From NCBI GenBank assembly GCA_033722075.1, contig JAWVZU010000002.1:3266-67265 (forward strand): a DNA stretch of 64,000 nt, in the 5' to 3' direction. Positions 49,010 through 63,178 of the stretch are shown here, piece by piece; positions within the stretch are counted from its first letter, which is position 1, and every line of letters starts with the position of its first letter. The notes under the pieces are model-generated. The model was not told the DNA's origin and made no database searches. It was given only the letters and a program-made list of their open reading frames with translations. Source of the stretch: Lysobacterales bacterium. GTDB taxonomy: Bacteria; Pseudomonadota; Gammaproteobacteria; Xanthomonadales; SZUA-38. The position numbers were made by a program, and so were the translations under genes.

Positions 49010-50247
49010 CGATGATGGGCGCACGTGGAGACAATCAGCTGATCGTCGGCCTGGATATCGGGACATCCAAGGTCGTCGCGATCGTCGGCGAAGTCGGTGA
49101 GGACGGCGAAGTCGATGTGGTCGGCATCGGATCGCATGCCTCGCGCGGCATCAAGCGCGGCGTCGTGGTGGACATCGAGTCCACGGTCCAGTCGATCCAG
49201 CGGGCCGTGGAAGAGGCCGAGCTGATGGCCGGCTGCGAGATCCAGTCCGTCTTCGCAGGCATTGCCGGGAGCCATATCGAGAGTCTCAACTCGCACGGGA
49301 TCGTGGCGATCAAGGATCGTGAGGTCCTGGAAGGCGATGTGGACCGGGTCCTCGATGCCGCCCGAGCGGTGGCCGTTCCCGCCGATCAGCGAATCCTGCA
49401 CGTCCTGCCGCAGGAATACATCATCGATGGCCAGGACGGCATTCGCCATCCGGTGGGCATGTCCGGCGTTCGCCTCGAGGCCAAGGTGCACGTGGTGACC
49501 TGCGCGGCGAGTGCCGCCCAGAACATCGGCAAATGCGTGGCCCGCTGTGGGCTGGCCGTGGACGACCTGATCCTTCAGCAGTTGGCCTCCAGCTACGCGG
49601 TGCTGACGGAGGACGAGAAAGAGCTAGGCATCTGCCTGGTTGACATGGGAGCGGGGACCACGGACATCGCCGTCTTTACCCAGGGCGCGATTCGCCACAC
49701 CGCAGTGATCCCGATTGCCGGAGACCAGGTAACCAACGACATTGCGGTCGCGCTGCGAACACCCACGCAGTACGCCGAAGAAATCAAGATCAAATATGCC
49801 TGCGCCCTGCGGCAACTGGCCTCGGCGGACGAGACGATCCAGGTGCCCAGTGTGGGCGATCGTCCGCCGAGGCGGCTTGCCCGGCAGACCCTGGCCGAGG
49901 TGGTCGAGCCCCGCTACGAGGAACTGTTCAGCCTGGTCCAGGCTGAGCTGCGTCGCTCGGGCTACGAAGACATGATCGCCGCGGGCATTGTTCTGACCGG
50001 GGGTGCGGCCAAGATGGAAGGGGTCGTGGAACTGGCCGAGGAGGTGTTCCACATGCCGGTGCGCATCGGTGCCCCGCAGTACGTCACGGGACTTTCCGAC
50101 GTGGTGAACAACCAGATCCATTCCACCGGGGTGGGTCTGCTGCTGTTCGGCGCGCGGGCCGGCGAGACGGCTGGGGTCGCAGGACCCCGGGTCGCGCTGG
50201 GCGGATTATGGGAGCGGATCAAGGGATGGTTTCGCGGGGAGTTCTGA
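49006..50247 (+). CDS. ftsA: Cell division protein FtsA
   Basis: ATGA overlap with ftsQ. Actin-like motifs VGLDIGTSKV and VDMGAGTTDIAVF, and a C-terminal amphipathic helix (WERIKGWFRGEF). Confidence 0.95.
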   Translation: MTMMGARGDNQLIVGLDIGTSKVVAIVGEVGEDGEVDVVGIGSHASRGIKRGVVVDIESTVQSIQRAVEEAELMAGCEIQSVFAGIAGSHIESLNSHGIVAIKDREVLEGDVDRVLDAARAVAVPADQRILHVLPQEYIIDGQDGIRHPVGMSGVRLEAKVHVVTCAASAAQNIGKCVARCGLAVDDLILQQLASSYAVLTEDEKELGICLVDMGAGTTDIAVFTQGAIRHTAVIPIAGDQVTNDIAVALRTPTQYAEEIKIKYACALRQLASADETIQVPSVGDRPPRRLARQTLAEVVEPRYEELFSLVQAELRRSGYEDMIAAGIVLTGGAAKMEGVVELAEEVFHMPVRIGAPQYVTGLSDVVNNQIHSTGVGLLLFGARAGETAGVAGPRVALGGLWERIKGWFRGEF

Positions 50248-50355
50248 AATTCGGCGCTCGCGGCAGGACGCCCGAACGCCTGACTAGCGTGCCCGGCACG
50301 CGGACATTCCGGGAGCGGAACCGGAATGGCAATCAAGTAAAACTGGAGAGAAGCA

Positions 50356-51504
<1,149 letters not shown>

Positions 51505-51674
51505 ACCGATGGCTACGAAAGCGCTCCTGTGGGCGCAGGGTTGCCCGCGATCCGTCCATGTATCGCGACGGGAGGCCCAGGCGGGCCAGGCTTGCTGACT
51601 ACCCAGTCCGGGCTGCGGTGATTCCGCACCGCTTCTCTCCGCCGCAGCCCGGCGGCGGCAGCCTGCCCGCCCCT

Positions 51675-51707
51675 CTGTTGTAAAAACACAACAGGTTGTT
51701 GTTTTTT
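51675..51707 (+). terminator. Possible rho-independent terminator downstream of ftsZ
   Basis: 7-bp stem CTGTTGT / ACAACAG with loop AAAAAC, followed by GTTGTTGTTTTTT. The stem is short and AT-rich, so confidence is moderate to low. Confidence 0.4.
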
Positions 51708-51804
51708 CTCACCGAAATGCTTTCCTGGCGAGGAAGCGTGTGATAGTATCGGCGCGGTTTTCCTCAAACGCCTGTATAAATTTCTCTTTCGGGTGGGCCA
51801 GATA

Positions 51805-52716
51805 ATGATAAGACAGCGGACACTCAAGAACGTGATACGTGCAACCGGCGTCGGTATCCATACCGGCCAGAAGGTGCTCCTCACGCTGCGTCCTGCTGCA
51901 CCCAACACGGGTATAATCTTCCGCCGCGTCGACCTCGATCCGGTGGTCGAGATTCCTGCCTGCCCGAACAACGTCGGTGATACCAGTCTTTCCACGACGT
52001 TGACCCGCGGCAATGCCAGGATTTCCACGATCGAACATCTCCTGTCGGCGATGGCGGGGCTGGGGATCGATAACGCCTACATCGACCTTAGCGCGTCCGA
52101 GGTACCGATCATGGACGGCAGCGCGGGTCCGTTCGTGTTCCTCATCCAGTCGGCCGGTATCGAAGAGCAGAATGTGCCCAAGCGGTTCATTCGGATCACC
52201 CGTCCGGTGGAGGTGACCGACGGCGACAAGACGGCTCGCTTTGAACCCTATGACGGCTTCAAGGTGCGTTTCTCCATCGATTTTGATCACCCCGTATTCC
52301 GTACCCACTCGAATGCCGCGGAAATCGACTTCTCGACGACTTCTTTCGTCAAGGAAGTGGCTCGGGCGCGGACCTTCGGATTCATGCGGGATATCGAAAT
52401 GCTGCGCGACCGGAACCTGGTTCTCGGCGGCAGCATGGACAATGCGATCGTTCTTGACGACTACCGGATCCTCAACGAAGACGGCTTGCGCTATGAAGAC
52501 GAGTTCGTCAAGCACAAGATCCTGGACGCCATTGGCGATCTCTACCTGCTGGGTCACAGTCTGATCGGCGCTTTTTGCGGCCACAAATCGGGTCATGCCC
52601 TCAACAACCAGCTGCTCCGGACCCTGCTCGAGCGGAAGGACTGCTGGGAAGAGGTGATCTTCGAGGACGAGCGAACCGCGCCCATTTCCTACGCTCACCC
52701 GGCGCAGGCTGTCTGA
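51805..52716 (+). CDS. lpxC: UDP-3-O-acyl-N-acetylglucosamine deacetylase
   Basis: [32 protein letters not shown] and [14 protein letters not shown] motifs. Confidence 0.96.
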   Translation: MIRQRTLKNVIRATGVGIHTGQKVLLTLRPAAPNTGIIFRRVDLDPVVEIPACPNNVGDTSLSTTLTRGNARISTIEHLLSAMAGLGIDNAYIDLSASEVPIMDGSAGPFVFLIQSAGIEEQNVPKRFIRITRPVEVTDGDKTARFEPYDGFKVRFSIDFDHPVFRTHSNAAEIDFSTTSFVKEVARARTFGFMRDIEMLRDRNLVLGGSMDNAIVLDDYRILNEDGLRYEDEFVKHKILDAIGDLYLLGHSLIGAFCGHKSGHALNNQLLRTLLERKDCWEEVIFEDERTAPISYAHPAQAV

Positions 52717-52718
52717 CG

Positions 52719-52738
52719 CCGGGCCGAGTCAGGCCCGG
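52719..52738. terminator. GC hairpin filling the gap between convergent lpxC and the DUF721 gene
   Basis: CCGGGCC-gagtca-GGCCCGG is a 7-bp stem that occupies nearly all of the 22-nt gap between the two stop codons. There is no U-tract on either side. Confidence 0.35.
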
Positions 52739-53200
52739 TCAGGGCTTGTTTTCCGACTTTTCCGCCAGCCGCTGAAACGCCGCCCTGAGCTGCTCATCGG
52801 GACATGCCTGTGCGGCACGGGAAAGACTGTCGGATGCGCTCTTGCTCAATGACCGTGGGTGACGCTCAGGCGCCCTGGCCTGCTCGCGAGGCCGAACCTG
52901 GACCTCGATGGATTGGACTGGAATTTTGAAGTTGCTCCGGGCGATGTGTAAAATCCGGGAGCTTGTGTGCCGTAGCCGCGTCGCCCAGACGGAGGAATCT
53001 GCGGTCAGAATAAGGGTGGAATCCCGATAATTGGCAAGATCGCAATGCGGCCGGACGTCCTCCGGGAGGTGCGGCCACAGGGCATTTTTCAGCGCCGCCA
53101 GCTGGGCGGCCCGCTTGGCGAAGTGAGCCAATGAAGCATCGCCGGATGCAACGCCGGCAACACTCTCGGGATTCGAGCCGGAACAAGAGCGACGAGCCAT
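52739..53200 (-). CDS. DUF721 family protein (the family that includes DciA)
   Basis: Only the last 153 codons of the 442-aa ORF are credible. The core LANYRDSTLILTADSSVWATRLRHTSSRIL is typical of DUF721. Its position between lpxC and secA matches Pseudomonas-type synteny. The start codon is uncertain. Confidence 0.6.
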   Translation of the reverse strand: MARRSCSGSNPESVAGVASGDASLAHFAKRAAQLAALKNALWPHLPEDVRPHCDLANYRDSTLILTADSSVWATRLRHTSSRILHIARSNFKIPVQSIEVQVRPREQARAPERHPRSLSKSASDSLSRAAQACPDEQLRAAFQRLAEKSENKP

Positions 53201-54133
53201 ATGAACATTATCATCGTCCGCGATGTACGCCGCAAACCACTGCGCCTGAGCCTGTCGGCGCGTCGTTTGTACGGTCTTGTGGCCGCCTCGATCATGATCC
53301 TGCTCGGGATCGTAGGAAGTCTGGGCTATGTGCTCGGCGACGAATTCGGGGAAGCCCGGAGAACGGCGCTGGGAACGGTCCAGGCGCTCAAGTCCGAACT
53401 CTCGCATCAGGCTGATCGAATCCACGAACTCCGCCAGGAAAACGATCGGCAGCTCAATGCGCTTGCTTTGCGACTTGGCGATCTCCAGGCCCGGTCGGCG
53501 CGGATCGACGCGCTGGGTGAACGGCTGACCAAGATCGGTCAGATGGACGACGGCGAATTCGATTTTGATGGCCCGCCCGCCATGGGTGGACCGGAAATGG
53601 CAGCGGCGGCGGAGGCCGAGCCTTTTGATCTGGCGGTCGAACTGCTCACCCTGGAATCCCACCTGGAACGCCAGGAACGGGATCTGGGAATCCTCGAGCA
53701 GCTGATCTCGGACCGTGAGCTCGATGAATCCCTTGAGCCGGCCGGGCGTCCGGTCGATTCGGGATGGCTCGCATCCCGGTTCGGTTCCCGGGTAGACCCC
53801 TTCACCGGCGAACCGGACTATCATCCGGGCGTCGACTTCTCCGGCCGCAAAGGGGCGGAAGTGCTGGCCGTTGCCGACGGTGTGGTCATCGCCGCCGGAA
53901 AACACTACCAGTACGGCAACATGATCGACATCGACCATGGCAACGGCTATGTCACCCGTTACGCCCACAACGAGGAAAATCTCGTCAAACTGGGTGATCG
54001 CGTACGCGCCGGAGACCGGATCGCGAAGATGGGCGCCACGGGACGGGCCACCGGCGTCCACGTTCACTTCGAAGTCTGGTATGAAGGTCGACGCATCGAT
54101 CCGATGCAGATGGTGTCCCGGATCCGCGGATAG
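53201..54133 (+). CDS. M23 family metallopeptidase with N-terminal TM anchor and coiled coil
   Basis: TM helix LYGLVAASIMILLGIVGSLGYVLG, then a coiled-coil region. LytM motifs HPGVDFSG, DHGNGYVTRYAHN and GVHVHFEV are present. Confidence 0.88.
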   Translation: MNIIIVRDVRRKPLRLSLSARRLYGLVAASIMILLGIVGSLGYVLGDEFGEARRTALGTVQALKSELSHQADRIHELRQENDRQLNALALRLGDLQARSARIDALGERLTKIGQMDDGEFDFDGPPAMGGPEMAAAAEAEPFDLAVELLTLESHLERQERDLGILEQLISDRELDESLEPAGRPVDSGWLASRFGSRVDPFTGEPDYHPGVDFSGRKGAEVLAVADGVVIAAGKHYQYGNMIDIDHGNGYVTRYAHNEENLVKLGDRVRAGDRIAKMGATGRATGVHVHFEVWYEGRRIDPMQMVSRIRG

Positions 54134-54276
54134 CCGAACGGCCGATACCGCCTTGATTCGTCCTTCCCGGGGGGCGGCGGGCTTGTTTCATGAAGGTCCC
54201 GCCCTCACCTCGTTAGGTCAGGTGCACCGGTTAAATCCGTGAGGCCCTGCTTGACCCTGCTAGAGTTTTTCACATC

Positions 54277-56994
<2,718 letters not shown>

Positions 56995-57012
56995 GCCAAT
57001 ACCCGGATTTCA

Positions 57013-57399
57013 ATGCCCGTACTGGTCGCGGCCGGCATTCTTCGGGACGCTGAGGACCGTATTCTGGTCCAGCAGCGTGCCCCCGGCACCCATCAAGGCG
57101 GGCTGTGGGAATTCCCGGGAGGCAAGGTCGAGCCCGGCGAAGCGGCCCTCGATGCCCTGACCCGGGAGCTGCGCGAGGAACTCGGCGTCGAGGTGCAGCA
57201 CGCGGAGCCGATGGTCCGCGTAAACCATCGCTATCCCACCCAGCATGTCCAGCTCGATGTCTGGACGGTTGTCCGTTACGCGGGGGAAGTGCGGCCGCTC
57301 GAAGGTCAGCCGCTGCGTTGGCTCGAGCCGGTGGCGCTCGCCGACCTGCCGATGCCGGCAGCCGATCGGCCGCTCATTCGCCTGCTGACCGACCTCTGA
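57013..57399 (+). CDS. mutT: NUDIX hydrolase (MutT-like 8-oxo-dGTP diphosphatase)
   Basis: NUDIX box [24 protein letters not shown]. 128 aa, located downstream of secA. Confidence 0.85.
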   Translation: MPVLVAAGILRDAEDRILVQQRAPGTHQGGLWEFPGGKVEPGEAALDALTRELREELGVEVQHAEPMVRVNHRYPTQHVQLDVWTVVRYAGEVRPLEGQPLRWLEPVALADLPMPAADRPLIRLLTDL

Positions 57400-58018
57400 G
57401 CGTTGCCTCCTTCCGATATTTCGCATCGAGGCGGTCGACCTCAGGATCCAGTGCTTCCAACGGTCCGGAGTTGTCGATGACGTCATCTGCGTGGTTCAGG
57501 CGCGTTGCGCGATCCACCTGTGCGGCCAGCATTGCTTCGATCTGCTCCGGCCGGCTACCGTCGCGTCTGGCCAGGCGCTCCCGCTGGATCGCCACCGGCA
57601 CGTCGATCACCAGTATCCGATCGACGGTGTCATGGAGGCCGCCTTCAATGAGGAGGGGCACGGCCAGGATGCAATAGGGATGCGAGACCTCGCGGGCCTT
57701 CCGGAACATCCGCTCGCGGACCAGGGGATGGAGAATCTGCTCCAGACGTTTTCGCCGCCTGGGGTTGGCAAAGACGACCCGGCGCATGCGACCGCGATCG
57801 AGTCGGCCGTCCGCATCGAGGACGTGCTCACCGAACTCAGTAACGATCTCGGCAAGCGCCGCCTCACCCGGTTCCACCAGCTCTCGGGCGATCACGTCCG
57901 CGTCAATGACCGGGACGCCACGCTGGGCAAACAGCTCGGAGACGGTGGACTTGCCCGTTGCGACCCCGCCGGTCAGGCCGACCAGGAGCGGCAGCCGGTC
58001 AGCCGATTCCGCTGACAC
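57374..58018 (-). CDS. coaE: Dephospho-CoA kinase
   Basis: P-loop [14 protein letters not shown] and [11 protein letters not shown]. The start was set at GTG 58018, overlapping the pilD end by 20 nt. The 259-aa ORF-track extension was rejected. pilD-coaE synteny is conserved. Confidence 0.85.
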   Translation of the reverse strand: MSAESADRLPLLVGLTGGVATGKSTVSELFAQRGVPVIDADVIARELVEPGEAALAEIVTEFGEHVLDADGRLDRGRMRRVVFANPRRRKRLEQILHPLVRERMFRKAREVSHPYCILAVPLLIEGGLHDTVDRILVIDVPVAIQRERLARRDGSRPEQIEAMLAAQVDRATRLNHADDVIDNSGPLEALDPEVDRLDAKYRKEATLRGRSAGE

Positions 58019-58856
58019 CGAGGTAGCCAGCCAGCAGCTGGTCCCCCCACACCATGGCAATCCACCCTGCGGCGGCCAGGTACGGGCCGAAGGGGATCGG
58101 AATGTTGCGGTCCCGTCCACGCAGCACGACCAGCATGATGCCGACCACGGCACCGACGAAGGACGACAGGACCACGATCAGCGGGAGCATCTGCCAGCCG
58201 AACCAGGCGCCGAACATCGCAAGCAGCTTGAAATCCCCGTATCCCATACCCTCCTTGCCGGTAAGCAGGCGGAAGAGTTGAAACACGATCCACAGGGACA
58301 TGTATCCGGCAACGGCGCCGATGACGGCGCTGCTGAGGTCGGTGAACATGGCCTGGGTGTTCAGCAACAGGCCGAGCCAGAGCAGGGGGAAGATGATTAC
58401 GTCCGGCAGCAGCTGCTCCCGCAGATCGATCCCGGACAAGGCGATCAGTCCCCAGGTCAGCGCGACCGCAGCGATGCCCGACGTGGTCAGGCCATAGTGT
58501 GCGATCAGGAAGACCGTCAGGACGCCGGTAATCAGCTCGACGACCGGATACTGGAACGAGATGGACTTTCCGCAACCGGAGCAACGTCCCCGCAGAACCA
58601 GCCAGCTCAATACCGGGATGTTCTCGTACCAGCGGATGCGTTTCTTGCACTGGGGGCAGTGACTTGGCGTGAATACGAGATCCGGCGGCGGTTCCAGGGC
58701 CAGCTCCTTCTGCTCGAGGAGCTCGTTGCATTGCTGGCGCCACTCGAAATGCAGTCGGCGGGGCAGCCGGAGAATGACGACGTTCAGGAAGCTGCCGCCG
58801 GCCAGGCCAACAAGCGTGGCCAGGGCCAGCAGCACTGGCTGGTTGACGGCGAGCAA
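57999..58856 (-). CDS. pilD: Prepilin peptidase / N-methyltransferase
   Basis: Zn-binding CPQCKKRI...CSGCG cluster. Polytopic membrane protein with catalytic-Asp motifs (GIDLREQLLPD; GYGDFKLLAMFGAWFG). Confidence 0.93.
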   Translation of the reverse strand: MLAVNQPVLLALATLVGLAGGSFLNVVILRLPRRLHFEWRQQCNELLEQKELALEPPPDLVFTPSHCPQCKKRIRWYENIPVLSWLVLRGRCSGCGKSISFQYPVVELITGVLTVFLIAHYGLTTSGIAAVALTWGLIALSGIDLREQLLPDVIIFPLLWLGLLLNTQAMFTDLSSAVIGAVAGYMSLWIVFQLFRLLTGKEGMGYGDFKLLAMFGAWFGWQMLPLIVVLSSFVGAVVGIMLVVLRGRDRNIPIPFGPYLAAAGWIAMVWGDQLLAGYLGVSGIG

Positions 58857-58865
58857 GGAATCGTC

Positions 58866-60086
58866 TTAGAAAGTAGCGGCCATCTTGAAGATCGGCAGAT
58901 ACATCCCGACCACCATGCCGCCTACCACGACACCGATGATCACCATGATGATCGGTTCGAGGAGACTGCTGAGCGCATCAACGGCATTGTTGACTTCGGT
59001 TTCGTAGAACTCGGCCACCTTGTTCAACATCTGGTCCAGCGCGCCGGATTCCTCGCCGATGGCGGTCATCTGGATCACCATGTGCGGGAACAGATCCACC
59101 TGTCGCATCGCCAGTTGCAGCTGGTGGCCGACCGAAACGTCTTCCCGGATTCGCTTCACCGCGTCGCCGTAGACCACGTTACCTGTTGCGCCGGATACCG
59201 TTTCGAGGGCGTCCACCAGCGGGACCCCGGCGGCAAAGGTCGTGGCCAGCGTCCGGGCAAACCGGGAAATGGCGGAGTTATGGAGAATCCCGCCGATGAT
59301 CGGCAGCTTCAGCGACATGCGGTCAATGAAATGAGCGAACTTTCGTGATCGCTTCTTGGCCTGAACGATGCCCCAGATGCCGAAACCGAGAGCAATGACC
59401 AGCAGGAAGCCGTTCGATTGCATCCAGTCGGACGCGTCGACCAGCATCCGGGTGAACGCGGGAAGATCGCCGCCGAAACTCTCGAAGATCGACTCGAACT
59501 GCGGAACCACGTAGACGAGCAGGATGGCGGAAACGAGAATGGCCACGGCGACGACGGCAGCCGGATAGAACAAGGCCTTCTTGATCTTGCCCTTGATCTC
59601 CTCGATCCGCTCCTTGTAGGTCGCGATCTCGTCGAGCAGCGTGTCGAGTACACCGGCTGACTCGCCGGCGCGCACCAGGTTGATGTACAACTCGTCGAAA
59701 TACAACGGGTGTTTTTCGAGCGCTTCGCTGAGCGTCGATCCCGATTCGATCGAATTCTTTACATCGGTGATCATGTCCTTCATGCGCGGGTTGTTGTGAC
59801 CCCCGGCGATGATGTCGAAGGCCGAAACCAGCGGCACGCCGGCCATCATCATCGTGGCCATCTGGCGGCTGAAGACGGCAATATCCTGAGGCGTGATCTT
59901 CTGGCCGGCAGCGCCGAAGAGGGGCTTGGCCTTCTTCTTGACCTTGGTCGGATTGATCCCCTGACGGCGCAGGTCCGCCTTGACCATGTTGGCATTCTTG
60001 GCGGGTGCCTCGCCCTTGAGCTTCGTGCCCCGCTTGTCGGTACCTTCCCAGACGAAAACCGGGAGTTCTGCCGCTTTGGTCGCCAT
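58866..60086 (-). CDS. pilC: Type IV pilus platform protein PilC
   Basis: Duplicated GspF-type domains (FSRQMATMMMAGVPLVSAF / FARTLATTFAAGVPLVDAL). 406 aa. Confidence 0.93.
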   Translation of the reverse strand: MATKAAELPVFVWEGTDKRGTKLKGEAPAKNANMVKADLRRQGINPTKVKKKAKPLFGAAGQKITPQDIAVFSRQMATMMMAGVPLVSAFDIIAGGHNNPRMKDMITDVKNSIESGSTLSEALEKHPLYFDELYINLVRAGESAGVLDTLLDEIATYKERIEEIKGKIKKALFYPAAVVAVAILVSAILLVYVVPQFESIFESFGGDLPAFTRMLVDASDWMQSNGFLLVIALGFGIWGIVQAKKRSRKFAHFIDRMSLKLPIIGGILHNSAISRFARTLATTFAAGVPLVDALETVSGATGNVVYGDAVKRIREDVSVGHQLQLAMRQVDLFPHMVIQMTAIGEESGALDQMLNKVAEFYETEVNNAVDALSSLLEPIIMVIIGVVVGGMVVGMYLPIFKMAATF

Positions 60087-60087
60087 A

Positions 60088-61809
60088 TCAGTCCACCGTA
60101 ACTCGATTGATTTCCGCCAGGCCGGTGATCCCTTCCCGGACCTTGTTCAAGGCGGATTGGAAAAGGTCATTGATACCCTCTTTCTCGGCTACTTCAGCGA
60201 TCTGTAGCGCATTGCCGCCGGCAAGCACGATCTTCTGGATCGCCTCCGACATCGGCATGACCTGGTAGATGCCGACACGGCCCTTGTAGCCCTCGTTGCA
60301 CCCGGAGCACCCGACCGGCTCGTAGACCACCAACTCGTCCAGCTCGTCTTCCCGGAACCCTTCCTTCAACAACGCTTCCCGCGGAAGTTCGCTCTGCGCC
60401 TTGCAATCGTGCAGCCGACGCCCGAGTCGCTGGGCGATGACCAGCGTGACCGACGAGGTGATGTTGAACGGCGCAATGCCCATGTTCATCAGGCGCGCGA
60501 TGGTCTGCGGGGCATCGTTTGTGTGCAGCGTGGAGAGCACCATATGGCCCGTCTGGGCGGCCTTGATCGCAATCTCCGCCGTTTCCAGGTCGCGGATCTC
60601 CCCGACCATGATGATGTCCGGATCCTGGCGCAGGAACGAGCGCAGGGCGGCCGCAAAGGTCATGCCCTGCTTGGTATTCTGCTGGACCTGGTTGATGCCC
60701 GCCAGGCGGATCTCCACCGGATCTTCCGCGGTCGAGATGTTGCGCGCCTCCGTGTTGAGGATGTTGAGCGCCGTGTAAAGCGATACGGTCTTGCCGCTGC
60801 CGGTCGGGCCGGTTACCAGCGTCATGCCATAGGGCTTGTGAATCGCATCCAGGAAAAGTTCTTTCTGCTCAGGCTCGTAGCCCAGCTTGTCAATCCCCAT
60901 CTTCGCCGCGGACGCGTCGAGGATCCGGAGCACGATCTTCTCGCCGAACAGCGTCGGACACGTGCTCACCCGGAAGTCGATCGCTCGCGACTTGGAAAGG
61001 TTCAGCTTGATGCGGCCATCCTGCGGCACCCGTCGTTCGGCAATGTCCAGGTTGGCCATGACCTTCAGGCGGGCGGCCAGCCGCGGCGCCATCTTGACCG
61101 GGGGGTTGGCAATCTGGCGCAGTACGCCGTCCATGCGGAACCGGACCCGGTAGCTCTTCTCATAGGGCTCGAAATGGATGTCGGACGCGCCGCGCTTGAT
61201 CCCGTCGAGCAGAACCTTGTTGATGAAGCGCACCACCGGCGTGTCGTCGGACCCCATGTCCACGGCGCCTTCATCTTCGTTCTCCATCTCGTCGACGTCC
61301 GCGAAATCGACATCGTCCAGGCCTTCCTCGTCGTCCAGGCCTTCCATCATCTCGTCGGTCTGCGACAGCGCATCGTCGATGACACGGTCCAGGACGTCGT
61401 CCCGGACCAGGACGGCGTCGATCCCGAGGTTCGTATGGAACTTGATTTCGTCCAGCGCGCGAAGGTTGGTCGGATCGGACACCCCCACGAAGAGACGATT
61501 GCCCCTTTTGTGAAGCGGGATTGCACGGTGTTGCTGGATCAGTTTCTCTTCGACGAGCTTGATCGGTGCCTGGGCGAGATCAAGCGTTGTCGCGTCGAAC
61601 AGTGGAACACCGAACTCGTTGGCGGCCGTGATGGCGACATCGCCTGCTTCGGCGATACCGTTCTGCACGAGGTAGGAGACAAAAGGGATCTTCTTCTTCG
61701 AGGCCTCGTCGCTGGCCTTCTGGGCCTCCTCCGCCTCAATCAGGCCTTCGGCAACGAGTCGCCGTGCAAGTCCCGTCAGACCGAATACCGCCTTGGATGA
61801 AGTTGCCAT
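60088..61809 (-). CDS. pilB: Type IV pilus assembly ATPase PilB
   Basis: N-terminal T2SSE_N domain. Walker A GPTGSGKT, Asp box, Walker B IIMVGEIRD, His box LSTLHTN and a tetracysteine-type region CSGC. The start was taken at MATSSKAV. Confidence 0.95.
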   Translation of the reverse strand: MATSSKAVFGLTGLARRLVAEGLIEAEEAQKASDEASKKKIPFVSYLVQNGIAEAGDVAITAANEFGVPLFDATTLDLAQAPIKLVEEKLIQQHRAIPLHKRGNRLFVGVSDPTNLRALDEIKFHTNLGIDAVLVRDDVLDRVIDDALSQTDEMMEGLDDEEGLDDVDFADVDEMENEDEGAVDMGSDDTPVVRFINKVLLDGIKRGASDIHFEPYEKSYRVRFRMDGVLRQIANPPVKMAPRLAARLKVMANLDIAERRVPQDGRIKLNLSKSRAIDFRVSTCPTLFGEKIVLRILDASAAKMGIDKLGYEPEQKELFLDAIHKPYGMTLVTGPTGSGKTVSLYTALNILNTEARNISTAEDPVEIRLAGINQVQQNTKQGMTFAAALRSFLRQDPDIIMVGEIRDLETAEIAIKAAQTGHMVLSTLHTNDAPQTIARLMNMGIAPFNITSSVTLVIAQRLGRRLHDCKAQSELPREALLKEGFREDELDELVVYEPVGCSGCNEGYKGRVGIYQVMPMSEAIQKIVLAGGNALQIAEVAEKEGINDLFQSALNKVREGITGLAEINRVTVD

Positions 61810-62000
61810 ATCATGCAAGCATTTCGACTGCGACCAAGAATATCACGTTGGAACGGCGAGATGCTAAAGAGCTCCCTGCTCAACCGCGAATCTGGTAAGA
61901 CCGTTCTGCAGGGGCCTGACCCGTGTACGCCGGGGTCAATGGCGCTTCGAACGACGAAACGACACCTCTCGAGCTCTCCACTTCCGCGAAATATTGGCCA

Positions 62001-63101
62001 ATGAGCGTTTTGGTCTATACGGGAACCAAGGCCCAGCTCGTCAAAATGGCGCCCGTGCTCCGCGAACTGGATCGGCAGGAGGTCGACTATGCGTGGTGGT
62101 TGTCCGGCCAGCACGAAGAGACCATTCAGGATCTGATAGCTGATTTCCAGCTGCGCCAGCCCCAGCGCATCATGCTCGGTGGGCTGGAGGCCGATACGCA
62201 GGTCAAACTGCTGCGATGGGCATGCCGATCCTCGTTGAGCCTGGTGGCGGCGCTTCGTCGGCAAAGCCCACGGCCGACCTGCATGCTGGTTCACGGTGAC
62301 ACGGCGAGTACGCTGCAAGGCGCAGCGATAGCACGACTGCTTTCAATCCCCGTCCTTCATGTTGAAGCCGGCCTTCGTTCGAGCCGCCTGATGGACCCGT
62401 TCCCGGAAGAGATCATTCGTCGCGCGGTTTCGCGTCTCAGTTGCGTTCATTACTGCCAGGACCGGTGGTCGCTCCGTAACCTGGATGGCCAGTCTGGCGC
62501 CAGGGTGAATCTGGGCGCGAATACGCTGCTGGATACGCTTCGGCTGTCGCTACGCTACGAGGATCATGCGCAATTCGACGAAGACCCGCCCTACTGTATT
62601 GCGTCAATTCACAGAACCGAGAACCTGAAGGGGGCTCGCTTCAGGTTCATCGTTGAGGAACTGGTGACTATCGCGCGGAAACTGGAGGTCCGTTTCATCC
62701 TCCATCCGGTCACTCGAGCAACGCTGCGGCGCCGCCCGGAGCTCGAGCGCCGTCTGAGGGCGGCGCCGGGGGTCAAACTCATCGAGCGCATGAATCACGC
62801 GCGGTTTGTCGCTCAGCTATATGGTGCAAGGTTTGTCGTTACGGATGGCGGCAGCAATCAGGAGGAGTGTGCCGCCTTGGGGATCCCATGCCTGCTGCTG
62901 CGCATGACCACCGAGCGACAGGACGGCCTCTCCACCAGCGTCGTGCTCAGTAGACTCAATCGGGACACCATCCAGGGTTTTGTCGCCAAGCACATCGCAG
63001 CGGGGTCAGCCCGCCGGTCTCTGCCGGAACACCAGCCAAGTCGCCATCTGGTTCAGGACCTCATTGAACGTGGACTCGCAACCGCCCGGCCGATCCGTTG
63101 A
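62001..63101 (+). CDS. UDP-N-acetylglucosamine 2-epimerase-like protein
   Basis: WecB-like motifs VLVYTGTKAQLVKMAPVL, VHGDTAST, HVEAGLRS..DPFPEE and TDGGSNQEECAALGIPCLLLRMTTERQDG. The start was taken at ATG 62001. Confidence 0.78.
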   Translation: MSVLVYTGTKAQLVKMAPVLRELDRQEVDYAWWLSGQHEETIQDLIADFQLRQPQRIMLGGLEADTQVKLLRWACRSSLSLVAALRRQSPRPTCMLVHGDTASTLQGAAIARLLSIPVLHVEAGLRSSRLMDPFPEEIIRRAVSRLSCVHYCQDRWSLRNLDGQSGARVNLGANTLLDTLRLSLRYEDHAQFDEDPPYCIASIHRTENLKGARFRFIVEELVTIARKLEVRFILHPVTRATLRRRPELERRLRAAPGVKLIERMNHARFVAQLYGARFVVTDGGSNQEECAALGIPCLLLRMTTERQDGLSTSVVLSRLNRDTIQGFVAKHIAAGSARRSLPEHQPSRHLVQDLIERGLATARPIR

Positions 63102-63178
63102 CCCCCCGCCGGATGCCGTCCTATTGAGGGTCGGGCGCGCTGGGCAATTAAGCGGTTAACCTGGACTGTTTCCTTTCC

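Noticed and set aside
53201-54067. Upstream 289 codons of the 442-aa minus-strand ORF 52739-54067
   Set aside because: This part is antisense to the M23 peptidase gene and has no DUF721-like sequence. Only the C-terminal 153 codons (52739-53200) look like a real gene.
57374-57399. 26-nt convergent overlap of the mutT and coaE 3' ends
   Set aside because: Short 3'-3' overlaps are common in compact genomes, and neither stop codon is ambiguous. This is not evidence of anything beyond tight packing.
60409-61800. 463-aa plus-strand ORF antisense to pilB
   Set aside because: It is a shadow ORF. pilB on the minus strand has Walker A, Walker B, Asp and His boxes.
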